From positions 259,966,001-260,030,000 of the forward strand of contig OZ024740.1 of assembly GCA_964016885.1 (NCBI GenBank): a stretch of 64,000 bases of DNA, read 5' to 3'. A program made the translations under genes and the position numbers. This DNA is from Eledone cirrhosa (Eukaryota). Shown piece after piece: positions 52,580-64,000 of this stretch (positions within the stretch are counted from its first letter, which is position 1; the number at the start of each line of letters is the position of its first letter). The notes under the pieces are model-generated. The model did no database searches. It saw only the letters and a list, made by a program, of their open reading frames with translations, and had not been told where the DNA came from.

Positions 52580-52740
52580 ATAGGAACGAGTACTACCCCG
52601 ACGGCTGAGCTCAAGCCGCCGAAACGGCTTGAGCTCAACCGTTGGGGTCCTACTCGTTCCTATTACACACTCTACTACCCTAAGTATTGAGTACTTTGGT
52701 ACGTTATGGTCCATCTGGTTCCTTACCACTTTTCCTTTGT

Positions 52741-52742
<2 letters not shown>
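52580..52742 (+). mobile_element. Short fold-back element with tail
   Basis: taggaacgagta..ccccgacggctgagctcaagccg/cggcttgagctcaaccgttgggg..tactcgttccta; tail motif attgagtacttt at 52686; the tail end recurs at 41147-41177. Confidence 0.7.
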
Positions 52743-52771
<29 letters not shown>

Positions 52772-52818
52772 AATATATATATATATATATAAAATATATA
52801 TATATATATATATATATA

Positions 52819-53181
52819 TAATGTATAAAAATCAATATAATATAATTACCTCGTTACCAGAGGTTTCCCGAATGAGGCGAATACGAAAGAAACGTCTTCA
52901 TTCGTTCGACAGTTGAGTGCTTTATATCAGTTATAAAAATATTTTAGCTTGTTGTATCCCAACAAATTAAATACAACCTCTACATATATATATATATATA
53001 TATATTGCCTCGTCTGACGAACGAATGAAGACGTTTCTTTCGTATTCGCCTCATTCGGGAAACCTCTGGTAATGAGGTAATTATATTGTATTGATTTTTA
53101 TACATTAAATTTTGCTCTGATACTTACATAGAGCACTCTTCACTTCTATGACCTTTTCTGTTTCCAACGGAAATTTCAATA

Positions 53182-53185
<4 letters not shown>
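52819..53185 (+). mobile_element. Fold-back element interrupted by a family F tail and (TA)n
   Basis: Arms 52819-52908 and 53019-53107; insert 52910-53003; tail motif atagagcactct at 53128. Confidence 0.75.
53006..53079 (+). ncRNA. Type-I hammerhead ribozyme
   Basis: TGCCTCGT CTGACGA a CGAATGA ... TCATTCG g GAAA CC tct GG TA ATGAGGTA; 8-bp stem I. Confidence 0.8.
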
Positions 53186-53251
<66 letters not shown>

Positions 53252-53256
<5 letters not shown>

Positions 53257-53523
53257 GTTGTATTTAATTTGTTGGGATACAACAAGCTAAAATATTTTTA
53301 TAACTGATATAAAGCACTCAACAAATTATTGGAGTAAATATACAATATATTAACAAATGGAAACTATATTTATAAAACCATATTTATGTCATTATACATA
53401 TTTCAAGGGCCACCGAGGTAGATTATGGTGCACTTTCATCAGATAAAATATAATACAGATTAGTTTTATAAATAAATATTGACATACCCTGGAAAAAATG
53501 CAACCTTACCGGTTGGAGCTTCT
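53252..53523 (-). mobile_element. Family F element, single arm; HHR at 53385-53450
   Basis: tattttat CTGATGA aagtgcacc..ggtggccctt GAAA TATGTA TA atgacata. Confidence 0.78.
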
Positions 53524-53528
53524 TTATA

Positions 53529-53588
<60 letters not shown>

Positions 53589-53654
53589 TATATATATAAA
53601 ATATATATATATATAAAATATATATATATATAAAATATATATATATATATATAT

Positions 53655-54111
53655 GGAAAGTTATATTTAAAATTGTTGGGTTACAACTAGTAAATATTTA
53701 TAACTGGTATAAAAGCACTCGACAAATATTTGGAGTATATTTACAATATTAAATAAATGGAAAACTATATTTATAAAACCATATCTATTTCATTATATAT
53801 ATTTCGGGGATATCATATTAACAATATGCTATGCCTTCATCAGACAAAATACAATATAAACAGTTTTATAGATAAATAGATTCGACATACCGTTATAACA
53901 CCGACTTCATTTGAAGAGGTTTACGCTGGCCAGCGTAAACCTCTTCAAATGAAGTCGGTGTTATAACGGTATGTCGAATCTATTTATCTATAAAACTGTT
54001 TATATTGTATTTTGTCTGATGAAGGCATAGCATATTGTTAATATGATATCCCCGAAATATATATAATGAAATAGATATGGTTTTATAAATATAGTTTTCC
54101 ATTTATTTAAT

Positions 54112-54117
<6 letters not shown>
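53655..54117 (-). mobile_element. Family F fold-back; HHRs at 53786-53851 (-) and 54008-54073 (+)
   Basis: Spacer-less palindrome centred at 53929/30 (tggcca); tail on the left. Confidence 0.85.
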
Positions 54118-54156
<39 letters not shown>

Positions 54157-54177
54157 TATATATATAAAATATATATA

Positions 54178-54521
54178 TCATCATCATCATCATCATCGTT
54201 TAACGTCCATATTCCACGCTTGCATGGGTTTGGACGGGAATTTTCCCACTTGAGGCAAGACTGGTTGTCTTGCTCGTATAGGACTGTCTGGCGGGTTTTC
54301 TACAGCTGGATGCCCTTCCTAACACCAACCACGTTTACAGTGTGAACTGGGAGGTTTTTACCGTGTTACCTACACGGCCACATTACAGCATGGACTGTGT
54401 GTTTTTTTTATCGTGACACCTACACAACCTCATTTATTTAGGACTGGATGTTGTGGTACCAACATAACTTTACATTGAAAGGGGGGTGGAGTAGATGGGG
54501 TGGGGTTAGTGGGACGGGGGT
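54178..54521 (-). mobile_element. RTE 3' UTR fragment
   Basis: Collinear with 20411-20870. Confidence 0.87.
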
Positions 54522-54637
54522 ATATATATATATATAAATACATATACATACATACATATATATATATATAAATACATATACATACATATATATATAAATA
54601 CATATACATACATACATATATATATATATAAATACAT

Positions 54638-54668
<31 letters not shown>

Positions 54669-54903
54669 AATACATATACATACATACATATATATATATA
54701 TATAAATACATATACATACATACATACATATATATATATATAAATACATATACATACATACATATATATATATATAAATACATATACATACATACATATA
54801 TATATATAAATACATATACATACATACATATATATATATAAATACATATACATACATACATATATATAAATACATATACATACATATATATAAATACATA
54901 TAC

Positions 54904-54992
<89 letters not shown>

Positions 54993-55246
54993 TATATACA
55001 TACATACATATATATATATAAATACATATACATATATATATATATATAAATATATATACATACATATATATATATAAATATATATACATACATACATATA
55101 TATATATAAATACATATACATACATACATATATATATATATATAAATACATATATATATACATATATATATATATATAAATACATATACATACATATATA
55201 TATATATATATAAATAAATACATACATATATATATACATATATATA

Positions 55247-55985
55247 CAGGGTGCGGACAACATCTGTTCGCAATTTTCAACTGCTAATTTTATGCAAATT
55301 TTTTTTACTTCCATTGTCACTCTTCTTCATAAAAACAGTGACTATATTTCCATTATTTATTTTCTGAATAATTGATTATGAATAATTTTGAACCTCCAGA
55401 TTTGTGGAAGAGACACAGAGTTCTTCTTGGAATCCGCGCCGGGAGGACAAATCAGGAAATTTCAGACTTTCTCAGCATCAGCAGGAGAATGGTGTTTCAT
55501 CCAAAGACATGCCCAGAGTCATGCAGACAAGGTTTCCAGCGACAACATTGGTCTTAGGTGTCGTCAGCAGTCAAGGTGACATCATGCCACCTCACTTCTT
55601 CCCTGAGGGCCTCAAACTGAACACCGATGGCTACATCCGCGTTCTGAGCGAGGTAGTAAAGCTCTGGATCAACCAGGTAGCTGCAGGTAGGCCATACATG
55701 TGGCAGCAAAACTCAGCACCCTGCCATACCAGCCAAAAGACCCAAGCCTGACTGTCAGAGAACTTCATCGACCACACTTCACCTGACATCTGGCCTCCCA
55801 GTTTGCCTGACTGCAATCCCCTCGACTTCTTTGTGTGGGGCGCATTGGAATGAGACAGCAACAGATCTAGCTGCAATACGAAAGACGATCTGAAGGCCAG
55901 GATCACAAGTGCCTTTAGGGGCCTAAGACAGTGACGAAGGCCTGTAGCCGGTTCCGAGGCCGCCTTGAGGCTGTCATCAACAGTT
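55247..55985 (+). mobile_element. Decayed Tc1/mariner transposon, DD37D (maT)-like
   Basis: TA|cagggtg terminus; VLGVVSSQGDIMPPHFFPEGLKLN..WQQNSAPCHT..WPPSLPDCNPLDFFVWG; stops and an internal deletion; right TIR not seen. Confidence 0.85.
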
Positions 55986-56347
55986 GCAGCAAACAAGGCC
56001 CGCTGAAAGGAAACATCAATAACAAGTGGGGTGCCCCAAGGCACAGTCCAGGGACCACTACTGTTTTTGGTGGCTCTCTCAGACATGCCCTCTATAGTAC
56101 ATACAACATCCCTCACTAGCTATGCTGATGACTAAGGTAGCACAGGCAATCAAAAACCCGGCTGACGCTGCCCGAACAGGACGTCACTCTGTGGTGCCAA
56201 AGGTCCCATCTTCCACATCTAGAATAAGGAGCAGATATTGCAATAGCCTGGGGTTCAAGAGCCCTCAACTTTTCAACAGGCTGCCAAGGGATCTGAGAGA
56301 TCTGCATGGAGTGGACGTGAATGTTTTCAAGAAACATCTCAACACCT
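55986..56347 (+). mobile_element. CR1/L2-like RT remnant with an internal deletion
   Basis: SGVPQGTVQGPLLF..SYADDTK fused to RTGRHSVVPK..SLGFKSPQLFNRLP. Confidence 0.8.
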
Positions 56348-56381
56348 TATATATATATATATATATATATACATATATATA

Positions 56382-56612
56382 GTAATCATAATAAATTTGA
56401 AGACTAAAATCCAAAGGGGGCTCAATAAGGATAAATATATATCAAATATATAAGAACCGTAGCGCAAATATTTATTAAAATAACAGATTAAAGTTTAAGC
56501 AAAGAATCGCTGCTTTCACCCTTAACGGGATCTTCTGAAACAGTTTCAGAAGATCCCGTTAAGGGTGAAAGCAACGATTCTTTGCTTAAACTTTAATGTG
56601 TTATTTTAATAA

Positions 56613-56616
<4 letters not shown>
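56382..56616 (-). mobile_element. Fold-back element (~72-bp arms plus tail) with a degenerate HHR-like motif
   Basis: Palindrome 56469-56616 centred near 56542. CAGAAGA tccc gttaa gggt GAAA. Tail motif attgagcccccttt on the minus strand at 56413-56426. Confidence 0.6.
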
Positions 56617-56647
<31 letters not shown>

Positions 56648-56650
<3 letters not shown>

Positions 56651-57720
56651 GGTTTTCATTGACTTTAGGAAGGCCTTTGATTCTGTGGACTGTCATTGCC
56701 TAATGAAGATCTTACAGGCTTATGGAATCCCCAAGAAGATAGTGGACCTGATATCACTGCTCTACACCAACACCAAAGCCCAAGTCATTACACCTGATGG
56801 GATTACAGAGCTCTTTGAGATACTGGCTGGAGTGCTCTAGGGAGATACATTGGCTCCCTACCCTTTTATCATCGTAGTGGACTATTGTATGCGCCTTGCA
56901 CTGGAGAAACACCAGGACTCTGGCTTTACTGTAGCACTGACTCGGAGCAGGAGAGTTAAGGCGAAAAAGATATCAGATGCTGAATTTGCTGACGGCATAG
57001 TTTTGGTGACAAATACAGTGAAGGAGGCAGAGGATTTGATGCAGGAGGTTGAGACTGAGTCAATGAGTGTGGGGCTGAGAATGAATGAGACTAAAACAAA
57101 ATATCTGGTAGAGAATGTTGAAAAGCCAGAGGGGATCACTAATGTAGGTGGGAAGCTGCTAGAATTGGTTGAGGACTTCCTGTATTTGGGAGCAAAGATT
57201 GGGAATACGGAAGATGTGGTTGAGAGGAAGAGCCAAGCCTGGGCGGCGTGCCACAGCTTGAGATCGGTAAAGACCTGAAAATCCGCCTCTTCATTGCTGT
57301 AGTGGAGTCTGTGCTGCTGTACGGGTCTGAGACTTGGACACTGACCAAGAAACTCACTCAGATGGTGGATGGGTGCTACACAAGAATGTTGAGGATGGCT
57401 CTGAACATTAATCAGTATACACTGAGGATGAAAAACTCAGAGCTGTATGGGAGCCTCCCAAAAGTCAGCTCAAAAGTGACACAGAGGAGACTGAGGTTAA
57501 CTGGACATGCTCACTGACATCCAGAGTTGACATTGCACTCAGTGCTCCTGTGGGAGCCCCTACATCGACACACTGGAAGAGGAAGACCAAGGTTAACGTA
57601 TGTTGATGCACTAAGCACAGACACTGGTCTGTTGGAGACGCAGGACATGGAAGCGATAATGAGGGACAGAAACCGCTGGAGAGAACTCGTCCATGGATCT
57701 CGGGAATTTTACCCGCCCTA
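56648..57720 (+). mobile_element. RTE-like LINE RT fragment of a distinct family, without the PHD insert
   Basis: FIDFRKAFDSV, GVL*GDTLAPY, EFADGI, LLYGSETWTL, GRGRPRLTY. Confidence 0.88.
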
Positions 57721-57721
57721 G

Positions 57722-57760
<39 letters not shown>

Positions 57761-57934
57761 TATATACATATACATATATATATATATATATATATAAATA
57801 AATGTAATCTGAGTTTTTCGAATATTAATAATAACATTCAATTCGTTTGCAATTATGCAAACAAGCCTCAATTTTATAGCCATTTCAGTGGAATGAACTC
57901 TTCGTTCTTGCTCTTGTGTTGGCATGTGAACAGA

Positions 57935-57980
57935 ACTGCAGACACTAATGTTTCTGGGTATCACCCTTCATCAGTACAGC
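57935..57980 (-). ncRNA. Minimal hammerhead; the plus-strand twin at 58411-58455 has GAAC, one A lost
   Basis: gctgta CTGATGA a GGGT gat ACCC a GAAA CA ttag TG TC tgcagt; GUC site. Confidence 0.78.
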
Positions 57981-58574
57981 TCACTGTTCACCTGCCAAAC
58001 TGTCAGAGTAAGTGAAAATATATGCTATTTTCAAAAATACACAGTGACTGATCGGCCTGATTTGCATATTAGCAGACTGGCAAATTTAGCAGACTGCATA
58101 ATTGCAAACAAATCGAATGTTATTATTAATATTCGTAAAACTCGGATTACATTTATTGTATTCAGCCATGTTGAGCGAAAATTTTCTTTTTTATTTGAAT
58201 TTGGCAAAGCCAGCCATTTATCGCTCATATACAGGAAACTGACTGGCCAGTCTGCTGTTATTCAAATCTGGCTGATCAGTGGATCTGCTAATATGTAGAT
58301 CTGACTGATCAGCCAGTCTGCTAATATGCAAATCAGGCCAATCAGTTACTGTGTATTTTTGAAAATAGCATATATTTCACTAGCCCTGACAGTTGGCAGG
58401 TGAACAGTGAGCTGTACTGATGAAGGGTGAAACCCAGAACATTAGTGTCTGCAGTTCTGTTCACATGCCAACACGAGAGGAAGAATGAAGAGTTCATTCT
58501 ACTGACATGGCTATAAAATTGAGGCTTGTTTGCATAATTGCAAACGAATTGAATGTTATTATTAATACTCAAAA

Positions 58575-58720
58575 GTTATGTCCAGCATAGTTACGTCCCT
58601 TTACGATCTGAGTTCAAATCCCGCCGAGGTTAATTTTGCCTTTCATCCTTACGGGGTCGATAAAATAAAGTACCAGTAATGCACTGGGTAATTGCTGGCC
58701 TTGTGCCAAAAGTAGAAACA
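58575..58720 (+). mobile_element. 5'-truncated Nin-domain SINE with a 17-bp target-site duplication
   Basis: attattaatactcaaaa at 58558-58574 and 58721-58737. Confidence 0.88.
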
Positions 58721-58859
58721 ATTATTAATACTCAAAAAACTCAGATTACATTTATTGTATTCAGCCATGGAGAACGAAAATTTTCTTTTTTATATATAAA
58801 TACATATATATATAAATACATATGCATACATATAAATACATATACATACATATAAATCC

Positions 58860-58891
<32 letters not shown>

Positions 58892-58942
58892 TTATATGTA
58901 TGTATATGTGTGTATTTATATATATATATATTTATATATATA

Positions 58943-61525
58943 CTAGCAGAAGTACCCGCCAATGCCGAGGTTAAATATAATAATGAAATTTCATTCAAAA
59001 ATTGATATGAGTTTTTTCTTAATAGTTATTGCAATTAGTGTTCCTAACATTACTGGCATTACAAATTCTGTAAGATCAACAACAATAATATACTGGAAAT
59101 AGAAAACACATAAAAGCAAATTATGATAAAACTTCTTTATATACAGCATTGAGTTTTTCAGTAGAGTATAAATAAAAAAATGTTTGAACTTCCAACATGT
59201 GAGCATCCAACATACAATTGTCCATGAGAGAAGCAAGGCTCCTCTAATTGCAAACCAGTTACTGATAATGTCTGTCTCTGTGATTTGTTGATAGACATTG
59301 CAAAACGTAGTCTAATTGGAAACTGTACTCTTTCAAATTGTACTGTTAAATCAGTAGGTATTAATAGAATTCTAGTAATGAGTACATTATCCCCTGCTCC
59401 ACATCCAGATAGTACAGTAGCTTCTATAACATGTGGCATCATTTTCTTCACAATAAGTCTTACTCCATTGCACAATTTTGGAGGATCTAAATTTCTTAGA
59501 AGCATTATAGGTGCTCCAAGTTTCAAGTCAAGCTTATGAGGAGGTAAACTTGGTGGTTCTGGTGAGTTTAAAAACTCAACTGGATAATTTACTATTTCTG
59601 ATTGGTCAACAACAGTGTCAATATATTTGTATGATTGGCAATTTCCAGGAAGGCACATTAAGAGATCAAAGTTTATTGCATTCAGTTTTACATTTTTCGG
59701 GGCTTGAATTGCCTTTCACTCAACTATACGTGATTCTTATATAGTGTACAGAGATTTGGGAAGACTTTGTTTATAAGTTCTTTCTCTGATTTCACCATTG
59801 TGCAAATAGGTGATGGATTTATTGCACCTTCATTGTCTAGAGGTACTCATCCCTCTTCCAGTAATAATAAGTCTTGAGCAAACTGTTCAGATTATATATC
59901 ACCATGGAGATACGCTCACATATTTGTTTCAAGCTTCAGTATTTTTATGTAGTGCCAGAGTTGTGATGATTTAAAGCATGCATGAATTTCATCAGTTTTC
60001 GTTCCCTTTGGAATAAGTGTCTAAATATCACCAGATATAACAACTGTCACACCTCCCGTAGGAGAATCATTATTTCAAATATCTCGCAATTATCTGTCAA
60101 CAGCTTCAAATGCTCTCTTATGTGACACTGTACATTCATCCCATATTATCAATAGGCATCTTCTGAGAATTTCAGCTATTCCTGAATTGTGATATTTCAC
60201 ACAGGACTTTCATTAGACGACATATCCAATGGACGTTTGAAAATGGAATGGGCTGTAATGCCTGATGATGCAACTACAATGGTAATTTTTCTTTGCTGTC
60301 TAACATTTTCCAAAAGTAGTTTTATAACAAATGACTTTCTAGTTCCTCCTGGTGCATCTAGAAACAATATTCCCCCTTCTCATGCCTAATGGTGTCAACA
60401 ACTGCTTCATACGCTTCTTTTTTATTCAGAAGTAGCTTTTCATCCTTTTCTTTCACATATTTTGCCGATTCATCAATGTTGTAATTTGTTTCTCTCAGCA
60501 TTTCAGATGTTAGCTTGTTCTCATTGCCACAAGTAACCTTAGGAAGTCCGTAATTCTGGAGCACTTCTCCAATAGCCAGGAGTTTGTCTTCTATGTTGAT
60601 CAATGCACTACTGTACATCTCATTATTGTAACCCAAAGCAATATTAGGATATCTCTGTTGTACTTGATGCATGTAATCTTTATACTTTACCCATAAGCCG
60701 TTTGGATCACCAATTTCACAGTTTTAGCAAACAGGGAGCGAAGATACTTGCAATATGTGATACGGAAGCCTGAGAAAGTGTATAACACATGTAACACTTC
60801 TGTACCAAACTTCACTTGTACCAAACTTCACTTCACAAAACGAAAATAATCGTAACACATGTAATATAATATAATATATATAGAGAGAGTAGAATAATAT
60901 TGTAGTTTGCTTGAAGAAATTAAGATAAAACAAGATGTGTGTTACCTTATTTATTCATGTCCTTATATTTCAAGAAGGAACAGGTCTGAGTTCAATAAAT
61001 GCATGCTCCCGGAAGTGGTGGCAAAAAGGTGAGGGAGAAGGGGAGGGGGAATAGGGTTCTATATCTTTTTTTAACTTTTTATATTTATTTTAGAAGTTAT
61101 GTTGGAAAATGGTCAAGGGTCTACAGAGTTCTTTCCTTTTACATCTATATATACGTACACACACGCATGTATATATCTATTATACCTACTTACATACTTG
61201 AACACACATATAGTTATCTATGTTAAGTATTGCATGCCTAATTCTAATCTATTATTGATCCACAAGCGTTTTTTGGCAATGATGATCACTTCCTTTATTC
61301 TTAAAGGGAAAACAATTGAGTTAAATTTTAGTTCAAAAAGCATTATCGTTGAATGAAGATTATCTCCTATCCCTTAAAAAAATATAGGTCCAAGTTTGAG
61401 GACAACCTATAGTTGAGTCTAACGACCTTTCATGCCAAGCTTGATTATGATTGGTTTACTGGTGTTTGAGTACATTGGTAACAAACAGACCAATAAACAA
61501 GCAATTATATATATATATATATAGA
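58943..61525 (-). mobile_element. Decayed, internally deleted Helitron with PIF1 helicase and both termini
   Basis: [66 protein letters not shown]. 3' hairpin and CTAG|T at 58943-58946; candidate 5' A|TCTATATA at 61525. Confidence 0.87.
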
Positions 61526-61562
61526 TATAGGGTAAAAAAAACCTTCAATCATGAATGAACAT

Positions 61563-61628
61563 GAAATTTGCACCTAAAATTCCCCTCCTCCCTCAGAGAG
61601 GAGGCGAATTTTAGGTGTAAACTTCAAG
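61563..61628. repeat. Short inverted repeat
   Basis: gaaatttgcacctaaaattcccctcctc / gaggaggcgaattttaggtgtaaacttc. Confidence 0.65.
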
Positions 61629-62029
61629 ATGAATTTCTAGATTATTAAATACTGCTAGATAATATGATTTCCCACAATGTTTGGGATGAAACTTTAATTT
61701 GTAAATGTCTAGATGGTGTAGTATGAATGATTGTGTTGTAAAATATCCTCATCGTTGTAACCACAGTAGAACATTCCTGACAAAGTCTCTCCACAATCCA
61801 CAATTTTCCATTGCTCCTAGCAACTGCTCCCTACTGAGGTTTGTATCATCTGAGAGTTGATCAATGAAGGTTCAAGCAGGTCTTCCTCTTCCATCTCTGA
61901 TGAGTTGGTTCCCACATCAGTAAAATATATGTTTTATGGAATTATTTTACAATAATTTGTCACTGGGTTGTTGTTCGGAATTGTCTCCTCAGACGTTTTC
62001 CTGGTGGCAATCCATAATGCTACAAATGA

Positions 62030-62083
62030 CGGGAGGAGGAGAAGAAGAAGGCAAAGAAGAAGAAGAAGGCGAAGAAGAAGAAG

Positions 62084-62115
<32 letters not shown>

Positions 62116-62153
62116 GGCAAAGAAGAAAAAGAAGAAGAAGGCAAAGAAGAAGA
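62030..62153 (+). repeat. (GAA)n microsatellite
   Basis: Read directly from the sequence. Confidence 0.92.
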
Positions 62154-62339
62154 CTGGTGATGACAGGAAAATTTTAAGAGTTGTAGATGTTTTATTTGTC
62201 ATTTCCACAGTAGCATTAGTGGAAATGACAAAAAAATATACCTCGTATAATAAGCATTAGTGAATGAGGTAGTAATTGCACTATATATATACACACACAC
62301 ACAGAGTCTGCAGTGCTGAGACTGAGGGGACCAGTAATT

Positions 62340-64000
62340 AGATGGATCGCTTTTTTCCACGACCAGCGCTTAAAAGGAAATGTTTATACTAAAGAACATA
62401 ATAATATTGATCTTCTATTTAACTCTAGAAGAAATCCTCCTTTCAATAAAAATCTAGCACAGTTTGAGGAAGAATTAACTAATATTATAAGAGGACTTAA
62501 ATTCAAGAGAAACCTTTATAGAGGACAGGAGCACCTTATAAATCTCAGGAATATGATTTCGGACCTTAATTCCTCTAAAAAAGTCTTAGTCCATTCCGAC
62601 AAAACTAATAATTTATATGGTGTATCTAAAGATAAATATAATAACCTTATCCTTAAGGAACTAAGGAAGAATTATCGTAAAACTAACCATGAGAATCTGG
62701 AATCTATAAACTTGGAAGCTTCTGAGATTATGTCTAAACTTGGCATCGAGAAAAAGACCGAACCATTCTTCCCAAGAACTCCGAGGATAAATCTTAAGGA
62801 TCACAAAAGTAACTTTCGAATGGAACTGCCTGTTAGACTAATCGCCCCCTCTAAATCAGATCTGGGGTTGTTAGTAAATCCATTTTGGATAGAATTATCA
62901 CATAGGTTCGTTCTAATTGCTCTATTTATAACTTAAATTTATTGGTACATCTGATGTAATTAACAAACACAAATGTATTCAGTTTGACATTGTCAGTTAC
63001 TATTCTTCTATTTCGCCTTCACTCCTCAACAACGCTCTATTTTTCGCATTTAAATATTCTGACATTACCACAGATGAACTTTACATCATTCTCACCGCAA
63101 GAAAAACTATCCTGGAATTCAACAACGAATATTAGACTGATACTTCCAACAATTTTGATATCAGAATGGGTTCATCGGATTCAGCGCAATTGAAGGACAT
63201 GATTGGTATCTTTATTTTGAATTCTTTAAATCGGAAAATTCCTCAACTTCGCGGTGGAATTTATCGTGAGGATGCCCTTTTTACTGTCTTAAACTGTAAC
63301 TTAGTTAACCTTAATATTATTAAGAATAATATACTTGATCTATTTAAGCACCATAACCTAAAAATTGAATTTGAAAACAACGTCAAACTAGCTAACTTCC
63401 TGGATATATCCCTTAATCTTGACACCAGCCTATATTACCCTTACCATAAAGACAATGAGAATCTAAATTATGTTAATTTTAAATCTAACCACCCCATTAA
63501 CGTTAGTAATGTTGAAAAAAGAATCTCAAATCTATCCTCTAATAAAGTTATCTTCGACGCTAAAGCCAATTATTATAATAATGCGCTTTCCAAAGCTGGT
63601 TATCCTGACAAAATTAAATACAGTAAAGAAACCAATCATCGAGAGACTTATAGTAAAATAGTTAGTTATGAACATTCCAATAACTTAAAGAAAAGACCTA
63701 GATACAAAAATGATTTGGTACAACGCTCCTTTTTCTCTATCTATTACTAGTAATATTCCTAAACTATTTTTTAGGGCCTTAGATAAATGCTTCCCTCCCT
63801 CGCATATCTATAGTAAGATCTTTAACAAACATACAATCAAATTCTCTTATTCCACCATTTCCAACATCTCTAACATTATCTCTAAACATAATAAAATATG
63901 AAATAATAAATTATATCCATCCAACACTGAGCGTCATAATAATAGCAATAGTAAACCCGACGTCAATGTTAGCCCTAGGCTAGATTCCGTAAATTTAAAT
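62340..64000 (+). mobile_element. Penelope-like element RT, frameshifted; continues past the window end
   Basis: SDKTNNLY, INLKDHKSNF..VRLIAPSKSDLG, MGSSDSA, GIYREDAL, NFLDISLNL, YVNFKSNHP, IWYNAPFS. Confidence 0.88.

Larger units (their letters stand above)
57797..58792 (+). mobile_element. pLTR-like HHR element: inverted arm plus partial tandem direct copies
   Basis: 57797-58081 is inverted relative to 58313-58574 and 58738-58755; tail segment 58095-58190 is repeated at 58531-58574 and 58738-58792. Confidence 0.78.

Noticed and set aside
50020-54117. Palindromes as MITEs or as pure sequencing fold-back artefacts
   Set aside because: They have one-sided tails, variable centres and internal ribozymes, unlike TIR elements. 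Some arms differ by substitutions and the outer ends are conserved, unlike random chimeras. Read-level confirmation is still advisable.
61936-62208. Poly-Glu, poly-Arg and poly-Phe ORFs
   Set aside because: Translations of a (GAA)n microsatellite.

Overview
Eukaryotic, very AT-rich and almost entirely repetitive DNA. It is most likely octopus or another coleoid cephalopod, inferred from the tRNA-derived SINEs and the giant (TA)n arrays. Nearly all long ORFs in the track are poly-Ile/Tyr artefacts of (TA)n. Between the arrays lie decayed RTE and CR1-like LINEs, CORE-like and Nin-domain SINEs, two Helitrons, a DD37D/maT-type transposase, three Penelope-like element (PLE) fragments, and probably the first two exons of a minus-strand host gene (about 29.2-30.05 kb). 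The main hidden signal is about 20 type-I hammerhead ribozyme (HHR) motifs, read by eye, from at least 10 sequence families. Two sit directly downstream of PLE GIY-YIG ORFs. Most others sit in short non-coding fold-back (palindrome + tail) elements inserted in (TA)n, and one sits in a 423-bp-period, retrozyme-like direct repeat. Several have ~70-100-nt inserts in stem II or a U3-A8 core variant, and unrelated families share a short RTHGAGYRCTYT motif in their tails. No computation or database search was run. Element boundaries are approximate and ribozyme activity is untested.
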